This document shows positions 53,972-63,871 of a stretch of DNA of 64,000 nt, piece after piece; position 1 is the first letter of the stretch; each line of letters begins with the position of its first letter. A model generated the notes under the pieces. It ran no database searches, was not told the DNA's origin, and saw only the letters and a list, made by a program, of their open reading frames with translations. The translations under genes were made by a program, and so were the position numbers. Source of the DNA: Saprospiraceae bacterium (GTDB lineage Bacteria; Bacteroidota; Bacteroidia; Chitinophagales; Saprospiraceae); the NCBI GenBank assembly GCA_016717655.1, contig JADKFC010000006.1, positions 162,857 through 226,856 of the forward strand. Direction: 5' to 3'.

Positions 53972-55253
53972 CTAACCCCTAGTCCCTACCAAAAACTTAT
54001 TCTTCTTCCCATTCTCCACCATCAGGTACTGGCCATGCAGGAGGTTGTTGGCAGATATCGTATGTTCGATTACATCAATCTTTTGTTTGTTGATGCTTAC
54101 GGCTTTATTCTGAATGGCTTTGCGGGCCTCACTTTTGGAGGCTACGATGCCGGTGTGCTCGCTGATGAGGTCGATGACAGAGACATTTTCATTGAGTACA
54201 GAGGCAGGGATTTCTTTGTAGGTGATTTCTCCTTTTTACCATTTCGAGCTGGGAAGGGCTAAATTGTTGTAAGGCCTCGGGGCTGTCGTAGGTCTTGCCA
54301 AAGAGGAGTTCGGTTACTTTTTGGACAGAGGCCAGGTCTTCAGAAGTGTGGACACGGGCAGTGAGTTCTTCTGCCAACAGTTGTTTGAGCATGCGCGGAT
54401 TGTCTTTATGACTGTCTTCCATATCAACAACTTCCTGCTTGCTCTTTAAGGTGAAGTAGCGAAGGTATTTGCTGATGTCGGCATCATCGGCGTTGATCCA
54501 AAACTGGTAAAATTTATAGGCAGAGGTGCGACTAGGGTCGAGCCAGATATTGCCTTCTTCACTCTTGCCAAATTTTTTGCCATCGGCCTTGGTGAGGAGT
54601 GGGGTAGTTACAGCGAAGGCCTTGCCATCTTCGAGGTGGCGTCTGATAAATTCAGTACCGGAAGTGATGTTGCCCCATTGATCGCTGCCACCCATCTGGA
54701 TGCGACAGCCATACTTTTGGTACAAGACCAAAAAGTCATAGGCCTGGAGCAGTTGGTAGCTGAATTCGGTAAAAGAAAGACCGGTCTCCAGCCTGTTTTT
54801 TACACTGTCTTTTGACATCATGTAGTTGACCGTAAGGGTCTTGCCCACATCGCGGAGGAAGGCCAGTACGTTCATGTCTTTGTAAAAGTCGTAGTTGTTG
54901 ACCACGATGGCGGCATTGGGCCCGTCGAAATCAAGAAACTTTTTCACCTGCTCCAACTGAAAGCGGAGGTTGGTGTCCAGCTCGTCTTCGGTTTTGAGTT
55001 CTCGCTCCTTGTCTTTAAAGGAAGGGTCGCCAATCCGGCCGGTGGCCCCACCCATGAGGACAATGGGTTGGTGGCCGCTGAGTTGGAAAAGTTTGAGGAG
55101 CTGCAGCTGGACAAAGTTGCCGATGGTCATAGACGGGGCGGTAGGATCAAAGCCAATGTAACCGGTGATTTTACCGCTTTCCAGCAAATCATCGGCACCA
55201 GGCGTCATATCGTGCAACATGCCTCTCCACTTCAGTTCTTCCACAAAATTCAT
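53972..55253 (-). CDS. tyrS: Tyrosine--tRNA ligase, one frame break at the 54233-54237 homopolymer
   Basis: HIGH-type GFDPTAPSMTIGN and KMSKS-type KFGKS motifs. The C-terminal S4 domain (..GEITYKEIPASVLNENVSVIDLISEHTGIVASKSEARKAIQNKAVSINKQKI..) is intact in another frame. Confidence 0.9.
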
Positions 55254-55310
55254 GTTCTCCAAATTTTTGTGCAAAGGTAGGATTTTATGACCATGCAGAA
55301 AAGCTTAGAC

Positions 55311-56189
55311 CTAAAAGTAGGTGGCTACAGCCAGGCTTTTCATCTCCTCATTGTATTTCCTAAACCAGGTCATCTGCCTTTTGGCGTAGTTGCGACTGTG
55401 TTGTTTTACCTTGTCCACAGCCTCTTCCAGGGAGAGCAGGCCGTCAAAATAATCAAACAATTCCCGGTAACCTACCGTGTCGAGGGCCTTGAGGGGGCGA
55501 TAATTGAGCAGGCCTTCAACTTCGGCCAAGAGGCCTTTGGTCATCATGAGGTCTACCCGATGGTCAATTTTGTTGTACAGCACAGATCTTTCCGGCTCCA
55601 GATAATGATATTCTATCTCAAAGGGCCTTTGCTGGCGGTTTCCTGTTTTGAAGTGAGAAAACGGATGGCCGGTGGTGCGAATGATGGCCAGGGCCCGGAT
55701 AACCCTTCTGGAGTTTTGGAGGTCAAGTGCAGCGTGGCTGACGGGATCTACCATGCTGAGCTCTTCAACCAGCTTTGGCAGGCCGTGCTCCAAAAGTTCA
55801 TTTTCTAACTGCTCATTTATTTCTGCCGGTATATCGGGAAATGGGTCTATGCCATGGGTAATAGCCCGTAAGTAGAGGCCGGTGCCTCCCACCAGGATGG
55901 CCGAATCATGGTGTTTATAATGCAGGTCCAGCGCTGTCATCACCTCTGCTTCATACCTGCCCACACTGTAATCTTCTACGATGGAAACGTGGTCGATAAA
56001 ATGGTGGACAATTCCTTGCATCTCCTCAGCTGTGGGTCGGGCCACTCCGATATTGAGTTCGTGATAGACCTGACGGGAATCAGCCGAAAACACAGCTGTA
56101 TTCAGATTTTTAGCGAGCCTGACCGCCAGTTCTGTTTTTCCTGAGGCAGTAGGTCCACCGATTACGATTAATTTTTTACTTTTGTCCAA
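55311..56189 (-). CDS. miaA: tRNA dimethylallyltransferase
   Basis: P-loop IGGPTASGKT. About 290 aa with the ..DSRQVYHELNIGVARP.. block. Confidence 0.9.
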   Translation of the reverse strand: MDKSKKLIVIGGPTASGKTELAVRLAKNLNTAVFSADSRQVYHELNIGVARPTAEEMQGIVHHFIDHVSIVEDYSVGRYEAEVMTALDLHYKHHDSAILVGGTGLYLRAITHGIDPFPDIPAEINEQLENELLEHGLPKLVEELSMVDPVSHAALDLQNSRRVIRALAIIRTTGHPFSHFKTGNRQQRPFEIEYHYLEPERSVLYNKIDHRVDLMMTKGLLAEVEGLLNYRPLKALDTVGYRELFDYFDGLLSLEEAVDKVKQHSRNYAKRQMTWFRKYNEEMKSLAVATYF

Positions 56190-56272
56190 CTGTCAAGGAG
56201 TGGTGACGAAATAATATTTTGTAATTGCAGCTGCTTTTTGGCAAATTTAATTTGCTTTTTGAACATTAAACC

Positions 56273-57426
56273 ATGGTGTACCGAATTATATATTATTTTG
56301 CCAACATCATCCTTAGGGTGTATTACCGCAAAATTCATGTTTATGGCCTGGACACCATACCCAAAGATAAGCCCCTGCTCATCGTTTCCAACCATCCCTC
56401 GGGATTTTTGGAGCCCATCATCATGGCGTGTACCTTTCCGATCGACCTTCATTTTTTGGTTCGGGGCGATTTATTTGAAAAACCATGGCTCAAACATCTG
56501 CTGGTAGGTACCAACCAGGTGCCCATCTATCGCTTTCGGGATGGCTTTGCCGGGCTTAGGAATAATCAAAAACCATTGCCAAAACCATAGAGGTGTTGCG
56601 CCAAAATAAGGCCATCATCATTTTTGCTGAGGGCAGCACCAGCGCAGATCAGTACCTCCGACCATTTCAGAAGGGCATGGCAAGAATGGCCTTTCAGACC
56701 CTGGATGGCAGTCCGGACCTTGACTTACACATTCTGCCGGTGGGTGTTACCTTTAGCGCCAGCACCTTGCCGGGAAATGAAGTGGTTTTGAGCGTTGGAA
56801 AGGCATTTTCTGTTAAATCTTTTTATTCCTCTAATGCAAGAGAGGCCAAAGAAAAGATGGAAGAGCTCAATCACTACGCCTATGATAGGGTCAAAGAAAA
56901 CATGATCCACCTGGAAGACAGAGAAGAAGAAGCGTCCTTGAAACAGGCGTGGATGATGTATAACAAGCCGGGTAAAACAAAATTTTTGCCGAGAATTGCG
57001 AAAGGAGGTGGCTTGTTTTCCTACCTGAAAGAAATTGAGAAAAAACTTAACAGCACCCATCCTAAAAATGTAAGTGTGCCTGATGCCTTGCGCGTATCAC
57101 CCGTGTTGGCTTTTAGAAGTCACCCTTGGTACTGGTTGTCGCTACCCCTGGCCCTGGTGGGCATGATAGCATGGTTTTTGCCAGTAGCCGCCGGCTTTGG
57201 TCTGGCCAAATCAAAGGTCAAACAAAGAGAATTTGTAGCCTCATTGCAAGCCTCAGCCTCAGCAGGATTTTCAGTGATTTACATTCTGCTGACCTCATTA
57301 ATCCTATTTTTTGGGTTTTGCTGGTGTATGGTACTTTGGTGGTGGCTGATCTTATGGATCAGTGGAATTGCCGCCATTTTCTTTTGGGAACAAAACAAGA
57401 TGGTCGTCTACCAGGAAAAGCATTGA
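56273..57426 (+). CDS. PlsC-type acyltransferase with C-terminal membrane domain, one frame break at 56568-56572
   Basis: NHPSGFLEP (HX4D-like) lies in ORF 56273..56590 and FAEGST in ORF 56593..57426. They join as ..LRNNQK|TIAKTIEVLRQNKAIIIFAEGST.. with one more A. Confidence 0.7.
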
Positions 57427-57491
57427 CGGCCAGCCGACAAAAGACAGCGGATTTAAAGCGTGCACCCTTGTTTCTACCCTATATTTGCAAA

Positions 57492-57869
57492 ATGAGATTT
57501 GTAATCCTATCCTTCTTGTTTTTATTGTTCAGCTGTACCAAAGAGGAGCAATCAACGCCTCAATTGGACATCAAAGGCCAATGGCTACAAACCGGCAAAA
57601 ACCTGGTTCAGGCTCAATATACCTCCACCTCAAGATTTGGTGAATTTGACTACGGCTTAGTCTTCTTTGACAATGGCCAATACATCGATCGAAGTGAGAG
57701 CGGCATCTGCATTGGCGATGACTGTCTGACCGAAAACTTTAATGGCACCTACAGATGGATTTCAGCAGACATAATTGAGTTGACAGTTGATAATTATCAT
57801 GGCTTGTCGACCCGCCAATACCTTGTAGAAAAGCCGACAGCGGATCAGCTGGTGTTGAAGGCGAAATAG
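57492..57869 (+). CDS. Small lipoprotein (lipocalin-like size)
   Basis: MRFVILSFLFLLFSC lipobox. The listed ORF 57126..57869 extends upstream only because the frame is open across the previous gene. Confidence 0.6.
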   Translation: MRFVILSFLFLLFSCTKEEQSTPQLDIKGQWLQTGKNLVQAQYTSTSRFGEFDYGLVFFDNGQYIDRSESGICIGDDCLTENFNGTYRWISADIIELTVDNYHGLSTRQYLVEKPTADQLVLKAK

Positions 57870-57875
57870 TATGTT

Positions 57876-58420
57876 CAATTACGAATTACGATTGTAAAAT
57901 TACGAATTGCGAATGTAGAATTACGAATGCAATGTAGAATTACGAATGTCGAATTCAATTACGAATTACGAATGTCCAATTCAATTACGAATTACGAATG
58001 CCCAATTACGAATAGAAACGTAATTCTTCATTCGAAATTGATCCCGTAATTTGTAATTTTTAATTCGAAATTGAAAAACCCGTAATTCTCCATTCGAAAT
58101 AGATCCCGTAATTTGTAATTTTTAATTCGAAATTGTTCTCGTAATTCTCCATTCGAAATTGAAAAATCCGTAATCCTCAATTCTTATTTCGAAATTGAAA
58201 AAAGCCGTAATTTGTAATTTTTAATTCGAAATTGAAAAACCCGTAATTCTCAATTCTTAATTCGAAATTGAAAAAACCCGTAATTCTCAATTCTTAATTC
58301 GAAATTGAAAAAACCCGTAATTTGTAATTTTAATTCGAAATTGAAAACCTCTATTCGTAATTCTCAATTCGACATTGAAACCCTCGTAATTCGTAATTCT
58401 CAATTCGACATTGCCCCCCC
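57876..58420. repeat. Complex tandem/inverted repeat array (family 2, locus B)
   Basis: 57876-58015 carries AATTACGAAT-type units. 58018-58420 carries about a dozen units of about 37-40 nt, such as CCCGTAATTCTCAATTCTTAATTCGAAATTGAAAAAA. These are the reverse complement of the locus A unit type. Confidence 0.9.
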
Positions 58421-58524
58421 ATCTCAATAAGTTAACCTTATAATAATATTGAATTGTTTTATTTTACCTACATTTGATATCGTTTATTTCCCTCTGGCCG
58501 AAAGAATAATCAAATATTACTGCT

Positions 58525-58995
58525 ATGTGGAGAAAATTGAATGGTGATCCATTGAAGTTGACCATAGAAGAAGAAACAGAGGCTGTGATTCTCAGGGAAA
58601 GAGATATGGGCAATCGCTTGAAGGTTTGTATCGGATCGGATTCACAGGTTAGGGGAGGGCACATTGAATTTGCCACAGTTGTTGTTTTTTTGCGAGAAGG
58701 AAAGGGAGGCTTTATGTTCATCCAGAACGAGCAATTTCAGGGACACATGGGTATAAAGGAGCGGATGATCACCGAAGTATCAAAATCAGTGGCCACTGCT
58801 TATGCCCTCTGCAACATCCTGGATAAGTACGGCGTGGAATTGGAGGTTCATGCAGATATCAATACAGATCCCACCTTTAAGTCGAATGTGGCACTCAGGG
58901 AGGCAATGGGCTACATCATGGGCATGGGCTATACCTTTAAAGCCAAGCCCGACGCTTTTGCCAGCAGTTCTTGTGCTGATAAGGTGATCAATTAG
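58525..58995 (+). CDS. YkuK-like (DUF458, RNase-H-fold) protein
   Basis: 156 aa. The ..KVCIGSDSQ....EFATVVVF..GKGG.. pattern matches my recollection of the YkuK family. Confidence 0.5.
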   Translation: MWRKLNGDPLKLTIEEETEAVILRERDMGNRLKVCIGSDSQVRGGHIEFATVVVFLREGKGGFMFIQNEQFQGHMGIKERMITEVSKSVATAYALCNILDKYGVELEVHADINTDPTFKSNVALREAMGYIMGMGYTFKAKPDAFASSSCADKVIN

Positions 58996-59033
58996 GTCAA
59001 ATTTTCGTACTTTTGGGCCTTACAAACAGGCAA

Positions 59034-60113
59034 ATGAGGTATTTTTTTCTGGTATTGGCTTTTGTTTCCTTTTCTGTGCTGAGCATCAATGCTCAAAAAC
59101 AGTATTCCTGTAAAAGCGGGCAGAATGTAGTGGTTGATGGGGCAAGCAATTTTTTATCCTCCAACATCCAAGAATTGGTGGACGAGAGAGCAAGCTGGGC
59201 ACCTGATTCTCTGGCCCTGTTCCAGTCGTTGCTCGAAAAAGAGCAGCGCAACCGCCTCGAGCTGGCAAAGTTGGAAAGGTTGATGGCTATCTTAGATTAC
59301 GACCTTCAGAGAGCAAGCAAAGAAGATAAAAATACCTTTAAAGCCAAACAACAGACCGCCAAAAAAGACATTGCAAGGTGTGAAAAAGAGTACGAACAAC
59401 TCTCTGGGCTCATTCAAAAGATGGTAAAAAGACAGGAAAAAGCTGCCAAAGAGCCCAAGGTGGCAGAAAGACCGGCTGAGCAGGTAGTTGCTGAAATAGG
59501 CGCAGAAGTAGTAATTACAATCCAGCCCATCAATGAGGATCCTCCTAAGGCAGAAGAAGTAAAATCTGAAAAGATTGTTATCAATAAGATTGAAGAAGCT
59601 CATAAAGAAAACAACTGCGAAGTTGTTTTTAAGGGAAAGGACGAAACCAGCAAAAAAAAGAGAATTACGCTGGCGCCGCAAAGACTATTGACCTACACGC
59701 CCGAAAAAATGAAAAACTATTTCAAGTTGAAAGACTTTCTCACCATCAGCATGGCTGCCGAAAAGCACAGTGGAAAGTACAACTTTGATATTGAAGCGAG
59801 ATTTGCCTCCAAAGATGTGATGCGCAGCTACGGTGTGATACTTAAGACCGACTTTCTCAGAATGCAGTTTGTCAATGGTAAGCGCGTTTTCCTAAAAGTG
59901 CTGGAGGTTACTGAGCCCTATCTCGACAGGCAGGGAGGAGAAACCATCTACAAGGTAAAATGTACGCTCAACAATGAGCAGGATATTTCAGTTTTGGAAA
60001 CCCAATACCTGGACAGTTTTGGCATCATGTGGTCTACCGGCTTTGAAGATTATATGGTATATGATGTAGATTTTATACTCAGGCAGCTCAAATGCCTCAG
60101 AAATGATAGATAA
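59034..60113 (+). CDS. Secreted hypothetical protein with a central Lys/Glu-rich coiled-coil region
   Basis: Signal peptide MRYFFLVLAFVSFSVLSINAQ from the ATG at 59034. No recognisable family motif. Confidence 0.6.
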   Translation: MRYFFLVLAFVSFSVLSINAQKQYSCKSGQNVVVDGASNFLSSNIQELVDERASWAPDSLALFQSLLEKEQRNRLELAKLERLMAILDYDLQRASKEDKNTFKAKQQTAKKDIARCEKEYEQLSGLIQKMVKRQEKAAKEPKVAERPAEQVVAEIGAEVVITIQPINEDPPKAEEVKSEKIVINKIEEAHKENNCEVVFKGKDETSKKKRITLAPQRLLTYTPEKMKNYFKLKDFLTISMAAEKHSGKYNFDIEARFASKDVMRSYGVILKTDFLRMQFVNGKRVFLKVLEVTEPYLDRQGGETIYKVKCTLNNEQDISVLETQYLDSFGIMWSTGFEDYMVYDVDFILRQLKCLRNDR

Positions 60114-60696
60114 GACCAAGCTGGGCCTTCACTTGCCCACCGACCCCAGGTGGGTCAACCTTGCCGAAATGTCGCTCGAATATATTCTTACTGATCACGC
60201 CTTCTGTGAGCAAAAGGCGGCCACCGCCTGTATTTCCCTGATTCAGCAATATCCCGATAAAAAAGAACTGGTCAAGGCCCTGATGCCCGTTGTTACCGAA
60301 GAGTGGGGTCATTTCAGAATGGTGCTGCGGGAAATGGAAAAGCGGGATATGACGCTTGGCTTCCAGCGCAAGGATGAGTATGTCAATGCCCTGCAAAAAT
60401 TCAGAAAGCATGGCAACAGAGATGTAAACCTGATTGAGAGCCTTTTGATCTGCGCTTTGATTGAGGCCCGAAGCTGTGAACGATTCCGATTATTATCACT
60501 GCACATCTCAGAAGAAAGCCTCAAACAATTTTACTACGACCTGATGGTTTCAGAGGCGGGACACTATAAGATGTTTCTGGAATTGGCCATTCATTACGGA
60601 GGCGAAGATACAGTGCGAAAGCGATGGCAGGAATATTTGGTATTTGAAGCAGGTGTAATGAAAGAACTTACAGCAGATGGTACCAGAATACACTAA
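60103..60696 (+). CDS. miaE: tRNA-(ms2)io6A37 hydroxylase (non-heme diiron MiaE)
   Basis: LPTDPRWVNLAEMSLEYILTDHAFCEQKAA...EEWGHF...EARSCERF...SEAGHY are ferritin-like diiron ExxH motifs typical of MiaE. Confidence 0.8.
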   Translation: MIDKTKLGLHLPTDPRWVNLAEMSLEYILTDHAFCEQKAATACISLIQQYPDKKELVKALMPVVTEEWGHFRMVLREMEKRDMTLGFQRKDEYVNALQKFRKHGNRDVNLIESLLICALIEARSCERFRLLSLHISEESLKQFYYDLMVSEAGHYKMFLELAIHYGGEDTVRKRWQEYLVFEAGVMKELTADGTRIH

Positions 60697-61160
60697 TGAC
60701 CTGCAAATGATCAACAAATGGATGTAATAGATCGGTTTTTGTTAAAGCGTATATAATATATACAGGTACTGTTGGGCAATTAAAAAAAATATTCCGAATA
60801 ACTTTCTTAATTTGTGATATCCCTTACATATTAACTATGGTGGAGGGTTTAGAATGTTGGCACTTATACATTTGAAATAAGTCTATTTATCTTCATCAAA
60901 ACTTCATTTTTAGACTACTGATACTTGATGGTAGAGTAGTGTTTTATATCCTTTTGTGTCAGCAGAAAAGTCGCAAACAATTTTTAAGTATAAGATTATC
61001 AATTATTTATGGATTAAATAAGCCCGTTATGTGACCTATTTAGTCAATAGGGCCGTACAAAATACATCAGATCATTGCGAAAACTAACCGTCGTCATCTG
61101 AGGGCTTTTTTGACTGCCGTAATCTTGTACTGTATTTATAAACAATAAAAAAGAAATACA

Positions 61161-61757
61161 ATGAAAACAATGATGTTAAAGGTAGGAACGCTTTTGCTGA
61201 TGCTTATTTTACCTTTTATGGTGAATTCCCAAGACAAATATTCCACGAAGGCAGCTGGTGTTACCGTTGCAGGTACTTCTACAATGCATGACTGGGAAAT
61301 GAAGGCTGCTAATGGAGATTGTACCATAGGTGTTACCACAAATGACGCCGGAGTTATAACCGATGTCGTTTCAATGAATTTTAGCATAGCAGCTAAATCA
61401 TTAAAAAGCGGTAAAGACGGCATGGACAAAAATGCCTACAAAGCCTTAAAAACAGATAAAAACGCTAATATTTCAGCTACTTTAAAAAGTGCTACAGTAA
61501 GTACCAAAGACAATATTACTTATACAGTCAATGCCAAAGTCAACTTAACCATTGCCGGTAAAACCTTAGAAGTGCCAATGATTGCTTATTTGAAGCCCAA
61601 CAAAGCCGGAAGCATCAATGTGACCAGTGAGAAAAAACTGGGTATGAAAGATTTTGGAATGGAACCTCCTTCTTTTATGCTGGGTGCTGTAAAAACGGGT
61701 AATGAAGTGACCATCAAATTCAACTTCAATGCCAATAAAATAAATGAAGTCAACTAA
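61161..61757 (+). CDS. YceI-like periplasmic/lipid-binding protein
   Basis: Signal peptide. About 190 aa, beta-rich, with ..GTSTMHDWEMKA.. and the ..GKT..V.. pattern of YceI-like domains. Confidence 0.6.
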   Translation: MKTMMLKVGTLLLMLILPFMVNSQDKYSTKAAGVTVAGTSTMHDWEMKAANGDCTIGVTTNDAGVITDVVSMNFSIAAKSLKSGKDGMDKNAYKALKTDKNANISATLKSATVSTKDNITYTVNAKVNLTIAGKTLEVPMIAYLKPNKAGSINVTSEKKLGMKDFGMEPPSFMLGAVKTGNEVTIKFNFNANKINEVN

Positions 61758-61830
61758 TAAGACACTACAATAAATTAACCTTAAATTAAAAGACAACAAA
61801 TCACATTTGTAAACCTTAAAACAATTCTTT

Positions 61831-63162
61831 ATGAAATCGTTAGTTAAATTTTTCGCCCTGGTTTTGGTGGTAGTAATGGTAACCAAAGCTTCCGCTCAGA
61901 TACAGTACACAAGGTCATACGACCAAACAGGTATCAATGTATTCGAGCCTTCAAAAACCGAAACAGCAGCCTATGAAGGATTTAAATTACACATTGGTGG
62001 TAGTTTCCGTCAGGGATACCAGATGTTGAGTCATGAAAACGTAGATACATCAAAAGCTAAAAAACTGGCTTTGTATCCACTTGGAAATGGATTTAACCTG
62101 GCAGCTGCTAACCTTAACTTTGATGTACAATTGGGTGATGGTATCAGAATTTTCCTTGAAAATTATATGGCAGCAAGACACCATAATGAATTTTGGGTAA
62201 AAGGTGGATACATCCAAATCGACAAATTGTCAATGTTTGGCAACCCATCTTGGTTTGAGAAGTATGTAAGAGTGAAAATTGGTCACATGGAAGTTAACTA
62301 TGGTGACACTCACTTCAGAAGATCTGACAACGGTAATGCCATCTTTAATCCATTCGCTGATAACAACATCATGGATGAATTTGCAACAGAGATCGGTGGT
62401 GAAGTATATATCTATCCAGTTGATGGTTTTATGGCAATGCTGGGTATGACCAATGGTTTGATCAGAAATAACATCAGAGATTACGATGCACTTCCAGTAA
62501 TTGGTACTGCAAAAGCAGACTCTATAAAAGCTAAAAATCCATCTATTTACTTCAAGTTGGCTTACGACAAAAAGTTTAATGATGACCTGAGATTCAGATT
62601 GAGTGCATCTATGTACAACAACGCTTCATCTCCAAGTTTGACCTTATTTGGTGGTGACAGAACAGGTTCAGCTTACTTCGGAGTAATTGAAACAGCAGCA
62701 TCTACCAATGGTACAGCCGAAGCTTTCAGCGGCAGGTTCAACCCAGGTATGAGCAATACATTGAGCACTTGGATCATCAACCCATTTGTAAAATTCAAAG
62801 GTTTGGAATTCTTCGGTACATATGAACAAGCTACCGGTAAAACAGTTAACGAAAAACCAGATGCGTACGATGGAGCCAACAGAAAAACAACTCAAATGGC
62901 AGGGGAATTGGTTTATAGATTTCTTGCAAACGAGCAGTTGTTTATCGGTGCCAAATACAACAAAGTTACCAGCAGATTGAGTGGTTATACTGATGACGTA
63001 AACGTTACCAGAACAGCTATCGCTGCAGGATGGTTCCCAACTAAAAATCTATTGCTGAAAGGCGAATATGTAAATCAGAAATACGACGGTTTCAGAGGAA
63101 CTGATATCAGAAGTGGAGCCAAATTCAACGGCATCGTTGTTGAGGCAGTTGTAGGCTTCTAA
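61831..63162 (+). CDS. Outer-membrane beta-barrel (porin-like) protein
   Basis: Signal peptide, alternating amphipathic strands, and a C-terminal aromatic residue (..VVEAVVGF). Confidence 0.6.
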   Translation: MKSLVKFFALVLVVVMVTKASAQIQYTRSYDQTGINVFEPSKTETAAYEGFKLHIGGSFRQGYQMLSHENVDTSKAKKLALYPLGNGFNLAAANLNFDVQLGDGIRIFLENYMAARHHNEFWVKGGYIQIDKLSMFGNPSWFEKYVRVKIGHMEVNYGDTHFRRSDNGNAIFNPFADNNIMDEFATEIGGEVYIYPVDGFMAMLGMTNGLIRNNIRDYDALPVIGTAKADSIKAKNPSIYFKLAYDKKFNDDLRFRLSASMYNNASSPSLTLFGGDRTGSAYFGVIETAASTNGTAEAFSGRFNPGMSNTLSTWIINPFVKFKGLEFFGTYEQATGKTVNEKPDAYDGANRKTTQMAGELVYRFLANEQLFIGAKYNKVTSRLSGYTDDVNVTRTAIAAGWFPTKNLLLKGEYVNQKYDGFRGTDIRSGAKFNGIVVEAVVGF

Positions 63163-63204
63163 TTTGATACAATTATCTAAGAGGTTTTCATTGATAATCT
63201 TTTT

Positions 63205-63240
63205 AAGGAGTTGGGTGAACACATTCAACTCCTTTTTTTT
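63205..63240 (+). terminator. Rho-independent terminator
   Basis: AAGGAGTTG-N12-CAACTCCTT followed by T8. Confidence 0.75.
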
Positions 63241-63259
63241 AACTTCACAATCAAAAAAG

Positions 63260-63844
63260 ATGATCATTGGTTTTTGCTTAAGCTACTTGCTGATGACATT
63301 TTGTGCACCCTTAGTTGCACAGCAACAATGGATATTGGCAAGCCATAGCACCTTAAAGGTGGATGGTAAAACCAACATCAACAGCTTTGCCTGCGACATC
63401 TCTACCTACGGTAGGACAGATACCATTTGGACTACTCAAACAAACAAAGAGGGGAAGGTAAAGGCAGGAGGCGAGTTGTCCATCCAGGTGGCAAAATTTG
63501 ATTGCCATCATAAGATGATGACCAAAGACCTGCAAAAGACCCTTAAAGTAAGTGATTATCCTTTCATGAAAATCAGGTTTACAGAATTTAGCAAAGACCT
63601 TGATGATTATGTAAAAGCCGGTCGCATTGAAGGAGAAGCTGATATTGAGCTGGCAGGTGTGACCAGGCACATGAATATTGCCCTATCCGTTATTCCGGGA
63701 GCAGCAGGCCAGGTTCAACTGATCGGAGTCAAACAAATACTTTTTAGTGATTTTAATCTCAAGCCACCCAGTAAGTTGGGAGGTGCAATTAAGGTCAAAA
63801 ATGAATTGCTTGTTGAGTTTAGATTGTACTTTCAAGCCAGATAA
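63260..63844 (+). CDS. YceI-like protein (second copy)
   Basis: Signal peptide MIIGFCLSYLLMTFCAPLVAQ from the ATG at 63260, which lies after the terminator. ..STLKVDGKTNINSFACDI.. follows. Confidence 0.55.
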   Translation: MIIGFCLSYLLMTFCAPLVAQQQWILASHSTLKVDGKTNINSFACDISTYGRTDTIWTTQTNKEGKVKAGGELSIQVAKFDCHHKMMTKDLQKTLKVSDYPFMKIRFTEFSKDLDDYVKAGRIEGEADIELAGVTRHMNIALSVIPGAAGQVQLIGVKQILFSDFNLKPPSKLGGAIKVKNELLVEFRLYFQAR

Positions 63845-63871
63845 AACTTTTCAACTTTAAAATTGACAACA

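Noticed and set aside
54035-54262. 75-aa plus-strand ORF downstream of the truncated tyrS ORF.
   Set aside because: It is antisense to the intact S4-domain coding region of tyrS, which is recovered by repairing the homopolymer.
11021-57426. Programmed ribosomal frameshifting or homopolymer phase variation as an explanation for the split genes.
   Set aside because: The runs are short (2-5 nt) and there are no slippery heptamers or downstream structures. The affected genes are functionally unrelated and include tyrS. A technical indel bias explains all of them at once.
57126-57491. The 5' extension of ORF 57126..57869, which overlaps the end of the acyltransferase gene.
   Set aside because: The translation is Arg/Ser/Leu-rich and overlaps a better-supported gene in another frame. 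A lipoprotein signal peptide with a lipobox starts at the ATG at 57492.
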